Assembly: GCA_951406725.2 (NCBI GenBank)
Contig: OX597821.1
Span: forward strand, 100,316,001-100,380,000
DNA: 64,000 nt
Origin: Octopus vulgaris
Taxonomy: Eukaryota
Direction: 5' to 3'
Shown here one piece after another: positions 52,692-64,000 of the stretch. The stretch's first letter is position 1. Each line of letters starts with the position of its first letter. The position numbers were made by a program, and so were the translations under genes. The notes beneath the pieces are model-generated. The model ran no database searches. It was not told the DNA's origin and saw only the letters and a program-made list of their open reading frames with translations.

Positions 52692-52870
52692 GCGGTGAGC
52701 TGTCAGAATCGTTAGCACGCCAGGCAAATGCTTAACGGCATTTCGTCCGTCTCTGCCTTTCATTCTTTCGATGCCAATAAAATAAGTACCAGCTGATAAG
52801 CACTGGGATGGATGTAATCAACCAGCTCTCTCCTCCATAATTCCAAGCTATGTGCCTGAAGTACAAAATT
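52690..52870 (+). mobile_element. SINE S2, internally deleted
   Basis: GCGGTGAGCTGTCAGAATCGTTAGCACG..GCCTTTCATTCTTTCG..AATAAGTACCAG. Confidence 0.7.
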
Positions 52871-53512
52871 GATATTATTATATTTGTTTAGCGTGGTAAT
52901 ATCGTAGTTAATATCTAAATTTTAATGACGGACGATCGTTCTTAGTTAAAAACCAATTCTTCATTTGTAATGATAATTTATAGAAACATTTATAAAATAA
53001 TTTCAAGCACCAATAAAAGAAAAGGGAATGTACACATTCTACGCATGTAGAATTTCAACTGCAACAACAACGATTCATTATAAACCGGACCTCAACGTCT
53101 TGCAGGACAAAATGCTCTTTCTAAATATTAGGAAAACACAAATTAACACGCAAACACTCCATCAATTTGTATTGAGAGGAACATAATTACATTATGAGTT
53201 GCGTGTGTGTACGTGAGAGAGCTTGTGAGTGTGGTGTGTGTGTGTAGGTATGTTTGTGTGTGCGTGCATGTGTGTGTGTGTGTGTGTGTGCGCGTGTGTG
53301 TATGTGCGTGTGTGTGTGTGCGTATGTATGTGCGTGCGTGTGTGTGTGCGCGTGTGTGTATGTGAAATTATCCTTCATTACAACAGCGTAGAAATTAATT
53401 GTGCAAACTATATCTGAATGATCATTCAATAAATCACATCACAAAATTTGAGCAGTCTTTCTATGTCTTTGAGTAATTCTGGTTTAGTCTTATTAATCAG
53501 CAGCAGCATCGA

Positions 53513-53601
<89 letters not shown>

Positions 53602-53629
53602 CATCATCATCATCATCATCATCATCATT

Positions 53630-53845
53630 AAGTCGGCGAACTGGCAGAGTCGTTAGCACGCTGGGCAAAATGGTTGGCGGCATTTCGTTCATCCTTACGT
53701 TCTGAGTTCAAATCCCGTTGAAGTCGGCTTTGCCTTTCATCCTTTCGAGATCGATAAATTAAGTACTATTTGAAGACTGAGGTCGATGTATTCGACACAT
53801 GCCCTCCTTCAAAATGGCTGCCATCGTGAAAAAATTTGAACCCAT
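53630..53845 (+). mobile_element. SINE S2
   Basis: S2 head, B-box-like motif and core. Confidence 0.8.
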
Positions 53846-53856
53846 TATTATTATTT

Positions 53857-53947
<91 letters not shown>

Positions 53948-53951
53948 CATC

Positions 53952-53983
<32 letters not shown>

Positions 53984-53987
53984 TATT

Positions 53988-54640
<653 letters not shown>

Positions 54641-54779
54641 ATAGTAGTGGTGGTGGTTTTGGAAATTCGTCAGGCGCTCACAGCCCTCTACCAGTTGGGG
54701 AAATGGGATCGTAGGAAATATATAGAGGCTTTGTGGCGGGGAAGTGCGACGACATTCTAGAGGAGACTCTGGGCGCCGG

Positions 54780-54932
54780 CGATTATTGCTACAATTTCAC
54801 TGTGGGCACCCAGGAATGTCCAGAATGAAAAATTTAATAAGGGGCTTTGTATATTGGTCGACTATAGACAGGGACATCGAGAAATTGGTGAAAGCATGTA
54901 CAGGTTGCGCGTTGATAACCAAAGCACCACCA
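54780..54932 (+). pseudogene. Gypsy-type integrase HHCC zinc-binding fragment
   Basis: LLQFHCGHPGMSRMKNLIRGFVYWSTIDRDIEKLVKACTGC..KAPP. Confidence 0.8.
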
Positions 54933-54934
54933 GG

Positions 54935-55250
54935 TCTATTCTTCTCAGGTCCATTCTTTCTCAGCTCGTAGTGCACATTGATTTTGAGTAGGACTACAGA
55001 AAGTGGGATCAAGGCTGTAACAAATAGCAGAAGTGAACACGAGTCTCTTTGGAAGACACCTCTTTTGATTGTTACCTCGACTATGTGCTGGTTGTTACTG
55101 GAAAGACGTGCCATCCAACTAGGCATGCTGTTCATAATCAGTGCACACATATTCTCAGCTATTCCACACATGTCTAGTATTTCCAAAATCCGCGAACGCT
55201 GCAACAGGTCGTAAGCCTTTTTGAAGTCTATCCAGGCTATGCATAAGGTT
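54935..55250 (-). pseudogene. R4/Dong-type reverse transcriptase fragment
   Basis: AWIDFKKAYD..ILEILDMCGI..IKRGVFQRDSCSLLLFVTALIPLS. Confidence 0.8.
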
Positions 55251-55273
55251 TTTTTTTATGGCTATTGCTATCG

Positions 55274-55612
55274 TTATTACCTCCGCCTTTGGTAAGGCGG
55301 GGGTATTGCTTTCTGTCGTGTTTGTTTGACCGTGGACAATATATCTCAAGAACCGCAGGATGGATGCGGATGAAACTTTCAGGGAAGGTTGGCCTCGTGA
55401 CTGGCACGAACTGGTTAGATTTTAGGATCAATCCGGTACCGGACAACGATTCTGGATTATTTGTCCATTTTTCAATTTTTTTTTTTTACTTAATTTTTGA
55501 GAGCAGTCGGTTTCATTTTTAGTATTCTCGTTTGTGAGAACCGTCGAGTTTATTTTTAAAAATCATCTCTAGCTAATCGTGGAGAGGACATTGGTGTTGG
55601 CTTGGAGTGCCC
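55274..55612 (+). mobile_element. Helentron/HINE-like non-autonomous element (tentative)
   Basis: TTATTACCTCCGCC-TTTGGTA-AGGCGG 5' hairpin, GTTT repeats, GGATGAAACTTTCAGG, ends GAGTGCCCTT. Confidence 0.5.
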
Positions 55613-55656
<44 letters not shown>

Positions 55657-55659
<3 letters not shown>

Positions 55660-56247
55660 TAGTTTTATTTTTATAGCGTGCTTTCACTTCACTACCGAGC
55701 GCAGCTCTGTGTGCCTTGGGTATGTGCTGTGATGTGTTGTGATGCTCTGATGGTTATTGTATGGAAAGTGTTCTGCGTAGGATGTGTGCAGTGCCTAGTA
55801 GTGCAATTTTCTGTATGTTATATGTGTTTGTAAGTCCTGGTGTTTTTGTTATGTATTTGTCTGAATATTTTTTTATCATGCCTAATGCACCTACTATGAT
55901 AGGAATTGTTTCTGTTTTCAGGTTCCACATTCTAGTTACCTGTATTTCCAGGTCTTTGTATTTTGAGAGTTTCTCCATTTCTTTTAGAGACACGTTGTCA
56001 TCTGCCGGTATTGATACATCAATTAGAAAGCATTTTTTTCTTCATGATCTATGACAACTATATCTGGTCTGTTGGCCTTAATTTCTCTATCTGTGTGTAT
56101 CGGCATATCCCAGAGTATGGTTGCTTTCTCGTTTTCTGTGACCTTTTCTGGTGTGTGCCTATACCATCTTTTTTCTGTTGTTATTCCATAATGTTGGCAT
56201 AGCTTCCAATGTATGTAGGTTCCAACTCTGTCATGTCTGTGAATATA
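55657..56247 (-). mobile_element. 3' fragment of Dong family B in (TAA)n
   Basis: RHDRVGTYIHWKLC..LWDMPIHTDREIKANRPDIV..KLSKY..IPIIVGALG..GTAHILR; 3' UTR ending AAACTACTG-AATAAT. Confidence 0.9.
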
Positions 56248-56389
56248 TTGGTAAGGCGGGGGTATTGCTTTCTGTCGTGTTTGTTTGACCGTGGACAATA
56301 TATCTCAAGAACCGCAGGATGGATGCGGATGAAACTTTCAGGGAAGGTTGGCCTCGTGACTGGCACGAACTGGTTAGATTTTAGGATCA

Positions 56390-56391
<2 letters not shown>
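56248..56391 (+). repeat. Exact 144-bp copy of 55289-55432
   Basis: Base-by-base identical by eye. Confidence 0.9.
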
Positions 56392-56445
<54 letters not shown>

Positions 56446-56453
56446 CATTATTA

Positions 56454-56498
<45 letters not shown>

Positions 56499-56522
56499 GT
56501 AGTAGTAGTAGTAGTAGTAGCG

Positions 56523-56553
<31 letters not shown>

Positions 56554-57211
56554 CAGCAGCACAACAACAGCATCGGAGCGGTGGATTATTATCAACGTTA
56601 GAGCATCGGACAATTTGCCTTGTAGTTGTTCTTTTAACTCTATCATTCTTTCCTGAACCAATAAAAACAGGGTAACAGTCAAGTTATGAGTCCTCTCGGT
56701 AAATGTTTGACGTTGTGCCTATGTCAGCAGCAATAATAATTATTTTTCTTGTGTGGCAAAGAGTGTGAATGTGTCTCCACTCACTCTAATAATTACATCG
56801 ACTCCAGAGTTCAACAGGTACATATTTTCGAAATGAGGCCGTTAGACGCTGGCCATTTGGCACGGCTGAATGGGCATAGAAGCTGTTTTGGCGATAGTAC
56901 TTTCTCTAGCACTGGAGAAAAACACACGCACGTACGTGCAGAAATATAAACGACAGAGAGAGAGAGAGAGAGAGTAAGAGAGAGAGAGAACGAGGGAGGA
57001 GAAACATAGCAATTCGTTAACTGAAAGCGGTTGGAATAAACTCTTTCCGTCTCCTCATACTCATATACAGAAATATGCTCAGATGTATAAAGAGAGAGAG
57101 AGAGGGAAAATGGGAGTAATATAGGAGGGAGAGAGGAAGAAAAGAAAGAATGTCATTACAATTTTGAATTGAACACTCCTCATACACATAAAGAAAACTA
57201 TGCTCACACAT

Positions 57212-57602
57212 GTACATGTATGTAGTTTGTCCGTCGATGCGACGAAGACCATCCAGTCATCCTGGGGTGGGGATGGGCTTGTTTTGTAAGTCCGCAGATG
57301 GCTAGTGAGGCCAATCTGCGCCCGAAAGAGTCTTTGCCAGTGTGGACAGGAAATGGTAGCGCCTACCACAGAGTTGTTAGCTCTGTTCTTCCTGGCTTGT
57401 CTGCGGTCTTCTGCAACAGCGATCCTATTGGTCTCGCATGTGTTGGCACACTTTTGGACAGCTGATCGCCACCTTTCTCTTTCTAGAGCAGACTGCTCCA
57501 AGTGTCATGGTCGATGTTGAAGGCTTTCAGTGAGGCTTTCAGGGTGTCCTTAAAGCGCTTCTTCTGGCTGCCTTGTGAGCGCTTTCCCTTTTGCAGCTCG
57601 CC
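57212..57602 (-). mobile_element. RTE (BovB-like) LINE 3' fragment with C2H2-like tail and 13-bp TSD
   Basis: GELQKGKRSQGSQKKRFKDTLK../WEQSALERERWR..CPHWQRLFRAQIGLTSHLR; TSD TATGCTCACACAT at 57199-57211 and 57629-57641. Confidence 0.85.
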
Positions 57603-58539
57603 ACACATATGCTCACATATGCTGTTTATATGCTCACACATATAAACAGAGGGAGAGTGGGGTGAGAAAGAAAAAGTGAGAGAATGAGACAACATTCAAA
57701 TAAGAATACGTTAAAAGGTTTCATGTCAAATTCAGGGTGTTTCAAAAAGAATAACGCAGTTTAAACATTTTTTTTTAATTACGAGCATCCAGCGATTGAA
57801 AAGTGTGTGGCTGAAATTGGTGTGGTTTACAGTTTTAGGGAATCAACGCTAGAGGTTGATCCGCGCCTTAATCTTCAATGGGATTTCTTTGTACGTAGAT
57901 GTATTTTTCTGTTTTTGTGTAACAGTCAAATAACGATGGCGTCTTCTCACAGATACACGCCTCGATCAGAATAAAAAAAAGGTAAAAACGAACAACGAAA
58001 AGGAAAAAAAAAACAAAGCAAGAACAAACAACATTGTTCACGAACAGAAAATGAGTTAAGAAAAAAGAAATATGAATTTAATTATCCATGAATGCTTTAA
58101 TTTTGAACCTGAAGGAAAGAGAAATGATATTTTAGCAGCCCAAAATTGTCTTGAACACCTTGAGTTATAATAGTTTTAGCAACAGTAGGTAAAAACAAAA
58201 ATAGCAACAACAACAACAACAACAACTGCAATAACAACAACACTAACACATTTTTACACGCTTCACTAAGTTAAAAAAATAATACTGCTAATTGCACACC
58301 TGTGGCAGCTTTGCCAGTGTCTTAAACACTAAGAATTTCTTGATATAATTTCCCAAAGGAGTAGTCTCTGCCTGACGACTTCAAACAAATAAGGGCAAAG
58401 GGAAAATAGCTTATGTCTTTAAGAACAGATGAGAATTTCAAATGCACCCCAAAAAGTAATCGAAAAAGATACTTTTAGACTTAATATAGGACTCCAAAGT
58501 CTCTCAATTACGCATAATTGCAAGGCTACTGGAACCCTG

Positions 58540-58670
58540 ATTCGAGGTCAACTTTGCTTTTCATCCTCTCGGGCTCGATGAAATAAGTACCAGTTGAACA
58601 CTGGGGTCGATGTAATCCACTTACCCAATCCCCCGAACTGACTAGCCTTGTGGCAAATGTCAAAATCATT
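58540..58670 (+). mobile_element. SINE S2 3' part
   Basis: GAGGTCAACTTTGCTTTTCATCC..AATAAGTACCAGTTG..CTGGGGTCGATGTAATC. Confidence 0.7.
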
Positions 58671-59147
58671 ATTATTAATTCATTTTATTTACATTATATA
58701 ACTAAATCTATTCCTCGGTCGTTCGTTTCTAATTTTTCTTTTCTTTTCCCTCTTTCTTCTCCAGATCCTTACAACAGACGATGCTAAACTGTTTATTATT
58801 TGGTTGTCTCCAGGCGTTCTCTAACTTCGTAATCCGCGAAATGATTAAAAATAGAAAAGTTTTATTCGATTACACAGTCGCAATGTCTTTTACATTTCAT
58901 CTACGATGTAGCAATTCTTCCAAACAGTTATTAAATTCAGTCTATTTTTAAATAATTTTCTGGTAAAAACTAAAAAAACAGGAAACATGAAAAAAGAAAA
59001 CGAAAATATGTTCTTTTACGTGTAAAATTTTTTTGTACCTGAATTTACACAAGAATTCATGTATATGTGTATCTGTATTTACGAGTGTGTACGTAAGTAT
59101 GTATGTATGTATGTATGTATGTATGTATGTATGTATTTATCTATCTA

Positions 59148-59258
<111 letters not shown>

Positions 59259-59348
59259 CATATATATATATATATATATACATATAAACATATATATATA
59301 TTTACATATATATGCATTTATATATATATTTACATATATATATGCATA

Positions 59349-59382
<34 letters not shown>

Positions 59383-60259
59383 GCTTATATATATGTAAAT
59401 ATTTCTATATATGCATATATATATATGTATATGCATATATATATGCTTATATATATTTGTATATATGCGTATTGTTATACATATATGTATGCATGTATAT
59501 ATATATATATATATATATATATGCGTGTGTGTGTGTGAGAGTGTGTGTAATTTTGGATGTATGTATATACGCACACACTCACACATATATTCTTATATGT
59601 ACACAATGTGAGAATGATAGTGGTTGTAACATGTACAATTATATATGTGTGTGTGTGTATCAATGCATGCATATACTTTTTACGTATGTACTCTTTACGT
59701 GTGTGTTAGTATCAGTATGTATCTATGTATACATGTATGTATTCATGTACGTATGTATTTGTCTCTGTGCGTCTGCTTATGTGTATGTGTGTGGGAGCAT
59801 GCTTAAATGCGTAATGTGTTTCGAGACAGCAGAGTTCATGTACGAACAAGTTCATTCTTAAATTAGAAGTTAAATGCTTGACTTCATTTATCTGTTTTCT
59901 CAAATCGAAACAGTGAAATATAACTGAACTGCTGGACAATATTGATTTTAGTGGGGAGACATAATTGATTACGAACATGGGAGCCTCTGCGTTGTTACAT
60001 GATCTGCTAGAAATGCTAACCAAATGTCCAATTCCTTATATTACATCCTGCAGTCTTAAAAAATAATGAAGCACCGATGAACAATGTAATTTTTATAAAT
60101 ACCTGTAAGCGAGAACGGACTTGTAGAGTGTGCCGTGTTTTCACTCATTGCTTTAGGTGCCTTTGTGGTCGAGCAAAAAGACACCTTTTTTATGCTCATA
60201 CCAGTGTAACATTGAGAAGAGGAGTGCTAGAGAGGGGGAACGAGAGAGAGAGAGATGGA

Positions 60260-60312
<53 letters not shown>

Positions 60313-60719
60313 GAGGAATGCTCCAGCACTCGTGGTGGAGAACTTATTTATAGTTGCATTGACCAGAAGAAAGGCAGCGAGCTGGCCGAATCGTTAGCAC
60401 ATCGTTCAATATGACTAACGGCAATTTTTCCCTCTCTTTAGATTCTGAGTTCAAATACCCATCTGGTCAACTTTGGCTTTCATCCATACGGATGAAGTAC
60501 CAGACAAGTACTGAGGCTTATGTCGAACGGCTACACAGAGACAAGTCGCTGTCTCGTAAAGAATTTGTAATGTTTCTTGCCTGATTTAATGAAAAATTTG
60601 ATTATTGGTTATTGTTTGCGAGAAGGTGCAAGCAAAGCAACGAAAAGGGCCCTGTTTCTTGTGTAGAATTTGTAACGAGTTTAACGAAATTTAAAGAAGA
60701 TTTGGTTGCTGTTTAGTTG

Positions 60720-60830
60720 GTAGCTTAGGTGTTTCGCTCATAAACACACCTATCGCCCGGTCTGAGATTCGAATCCGCGATCCCTCGACCGCGAGTCCAC
60801 TGCTCTAACCACTAGGACATGTGTCTCCAC
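60720..60830 (-). mobile_element. tRNA-like head of SINE S3
   Basis: Reverse CCTAGTGGTTAGAGCAGTGGACTCGCGGTCG..GGATTCGAATC. Confidence 0.65.
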
Positions 60831-61453
60831 TTTGTAAGCTTAGCGTATGTACTGCTTATAACTAAATGAGGCTACAGATTGCAGGTGAAATTTCTTACAA
60901 TGTTTCGGTGTCTGCTATTTTCATACGATCTAGTAAATACGCAAAAACATCAACTCAAATACGTCTTCCGCAATTCGTTGATAATATAATTTATAATTTA
61001 GTTTGGTGCGCTTTTTGAAGAGGTTTCTTTAGAAGTTTATAAAACAATGAATATTATTAAGAGTTTTGTTTCAAACATGTTTAATTAAATATTCAAAAAT
61101 CACATTGGATAATTATACAAGAATTTGCTTTATTATATTTCGCTTTAAAATTGTATGTATGTGTGTATAAATGAATGAATATATGTGTATTTATGTATGT
61201 ATTATGTATGTATGTATGTTTGTATGTGTGTATGTATGTTTGTATGTGTGTATGTATGTATATATGTATGTATGTATGTATGAATGTATGTATGTATGTA
61301 TGTAAGTATGTATGTATGTATGTTTGTATGTATGTATGTATGTATGTATGTAAGTATGTATGTATGTTTGTATGTATGTATGTATGTATGTATGTATGTA
61401 TGTATGTATGTATGCATGTATGTGAATATAAGTACGTGCCTGCACACACAAAA

Positions 61454-61489
<36 letters not shown>

Positions 61490-62373
61490 GCATGTGTGTG
61501 TGTATCTATGGATGTATCTCAGTATGTATGCATGAGCATGCATGTATACAAGTATGTATGAATGTATATATGTACGTATGTATGTATGTATGTATGTATG
61601 TTTGAATGTATGTATGTATGCACGTAAGTAATGATGCATTGAAATGTGTGACATAAATATTTTGTGCGTATGTGTGTGTCTGTGCGACTGTCAATTTATG
61701 TGTATCTTTGAGTGTATATGAGAGTGTTTATGTGTAAATATGTATATGTGTATTTCGTGAGTCTCTTTCTATGTATGTGTGTCGTTCGTCTTTCATTATA
61801 TGGGTGTGTACGCGGGAGTGTGTGTGTGTGTGTGTGTGGGTGGTTGCCTGTGAATGTATGTGGATGTGTTTATGCGTATGTGCATGTTTCTGTCTCCGAG
61901 TGCGTCTCGTTTCTATTAGTATATGTGTGTGCGTTCGTGTGTGCGCTTGTGTGCGCGCTCGAAAGTCTGCTTATGTGTGTGTGTGTGTGTGTCTGTCTGT
62001 GTGTGTGTGTGTCTGTCTGTGTGTGTGTGTGTGTGCGCGCGCTCGGATGTGCGCACCCGTATATGCTTTTTGCACAATTAAAATTTTCAAATAGTAAATT
62101 AGATTTAAAAGAATCAGGACTTGAATAATAAGTTTTACGATTCTCTTAATCTTGTGTTTCATAAATGTTAATGAATAATTAACACCCATTCTCCCCCATT
62201 AACATACGGAAGCATATACACACATTAATCAACACTTACAACAATACACTTTCAAAACGCCTACATCAATACACAAACAGTAAATACACACACAGTATAC
62301 ATACATATACACACACACGCACACACCCACACACACACACACACATATATATATTAATATTTATATATATACG

Positions 62374-62451
<78 letters not shown>

Positions 62452-62664
62452 GTGTTAACTTATAGAAAAACAAAAGACGAAGGCAGGTGTATGAAAAACA
62501 AGTAGGTTTATTAGTTTGATGCTCATAAATGTATGTACGCATGTATGTAATGCATGTATGTATATACATATAAAGGATATATGTTTGTATATATATATAC
62601 TAACTGAAGGTGACCCGCTCTACGCGCGGGTAAGAGTGTGGGTGTTACTTTCTGTTGCTTCCTT

Positions 62665-62978
62665 TCAGCACGTAAAAAGCACCATCCGAACGTGGCCGAT
62701 TGCAGCACCGCCTTGACTTGCTTCTGTGCCGGTGGCACGTAAAAAGCACCAACCGATCGTTGCCACTGCGAGCCCCCCTGGCACCAGTGCCGGCGGCACG
62801 AAAAAAGCACTCACTACACTCACAGAGTGGTTGGCGTTAGGAAGGTCATCCACCTGTAGAAACACTGCCAGATCAGACTGGAGCCTGGTGCAGCCTCCTG
62901 GCTTCCGAGACCCCGGTCACACTGCCCAACCCGTGCTAGCACGGAAAACGGACGTTAAACGATGACGATGATGATGAT
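62665..62978 (+). mobile_element. SINE-like element S4 with internal ~65-bp tandem units and (GAT)n tail
   Basis: GCACG(T/A)AAAAAGCAC x3; GGTTGGCGTTAGGAAGG block; ends GGACGTTAAACGATGACGATGATG. Confidence 0.7.
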
Positions 62979-63298
62979 TCTCCGTATTTGTTTCTCTCTC
63001 CTTTCTCTCTCACTTTCCCACTCTCTTACTTTTCTTTTCTCTCGGACTCTCCCTCGCTTTCTCTTACTCTCTATCTTTATCTATCTCTCTCCCATTTATA
63101 AACAACAGAAGATCTTGAGTAAGTTGAGAAATAAAATATTTAGAAAGATCAATCAGAAATATGAGGCAGTGGCAATGGAAAGGTCTGCTTCAAGGCAGAC
63201 AGCAAAACGTTAACATTTAAAAGGGACAGACGAACTTGCGAGCTGAATAAAAATAATAAAATATTGGAAACCAAAGTTTGAAGGGATAGAATCTGCGG

Positions 63299-63560
63299 AT
63301 AGTAGAGTCACCATGGCTGGCATTTGTTAACGACGGACAGCAACGTAGTGACAGTTTAACGGCTGGCGTAAAATTTTAAACTTGATGTAAAAGAAAATTC
63401 GTAAACACCAAGTTTTGAAGTGATTCTTTCTCACGACAGTAGACTCACCATGGCAAGCATTCAAAACTTCTTTATCATGGACGGCAACACATTGACGATT
63501 AAAAGGCTGGCGCAAATTTTTTAGCTTGATGTAACAGAGAATTCCTAAACACCCGCTCCT
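63299..63560. repeat. Diverged ~138-bp tandem duplication, probably inside a Helitron-like remnant
   Basis: AGTAGA(G/C)TCACCATGGC..GGCTGGCG..CTTGATGTAA..TAAACACC x2. Confidence 0.7.
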
Positions 63561-63976
63561 TGAAATTTTAATCCCCTTCCAGCCCCATTTAGACCCCTTT
63601 TCACATTTTGGTTAATATAACCCGATTTCATTCGGGTCTACTGGGGCCACATTTTATAAGATGAGGAATTTTGTCCTAGAGGTGACGCCTTTCATTTGAG
63701 GAACAAAATAGTTGTCATGCAAACTTGTCAGCACCTTTAACATAGGTGTGCATATTTTCAGCTGAATCGACCGACTACGTAATGCACACATTATATATAT
63801 ATGTGTATATATATATATGTGTGTGTGTGTGTGCACGCATTATATATACAAATGTATACAAATGAGATATATATCTGTATAAATTAAATTGGAGATAAAA
63901 CCACTAATAGGCAAATCAAACAGTGAAAAACCAAAAACAAAAACATAAAAAAAGAAAATATAACATAGAAAATATA

Positions 63977-64000
63977 TCTATATATATAAAACTGTAGTTG
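63977..64000 (+). mobile_element. 5' end of the same Helitron family as 37387, cut off by the window edge
   Basis: TCTATATATATAAAACTGTAGTTG identical. Confidence 0.7.

Noticed and set aside
58735-58830. Strong polypyrimidine splice acceptor
   Set aside because: No good donor or recognisable reading frame.
60745-60830. tRNA gene candidate
   Set aside because: Continues into SINE S3 body sequence, so it is a SINE head rather than a tRNA gene.
62665-62815. CRISPR array interpretation
   Set aside because: Eukaryotic retroposon context, only three units, related spacers and no cas genes.

Overview
AT-rich, microsatellite-saturated eukaryotic DNA with no recognisable host protein-coding gene. 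The SINE and repeat complement suggests an octopus or other cephalopod intronic/intergenic region (inference). Nearly all ORFs in the track are translations of microsatellites. Real coding remnants are all transposon-derived: several R4/Dong-type RLE non-LTR families sitting in (TAA)n tracts (one with an open 529-aa ORF), a CR1-type LINE 3' part, RTE fragments, an RT-deleted Penelope-like element with a GIY-YIG remnant, mariner and maT-like deletion derivatives, non-autonomous Helitrons and a Gypsy integrase scrap. Three to four SINE families and a ~557-bp non-coding element found only in (TAA)n (7 copies) are also present. The most interesting signal is non-coding: at least four families of hammerhead-ribozyme-like motifs in (TA)n-associated repeats. 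They include a U3:A8 core variant in Penelope pLTRs and two copies (32422-32483 +, 48931-48990 -) of a hammerhead whose three strands occur in a non-circularly permuted, pseudoknotted order, with stem covariation between copies. All calls are by eye; no searches or folding were run.
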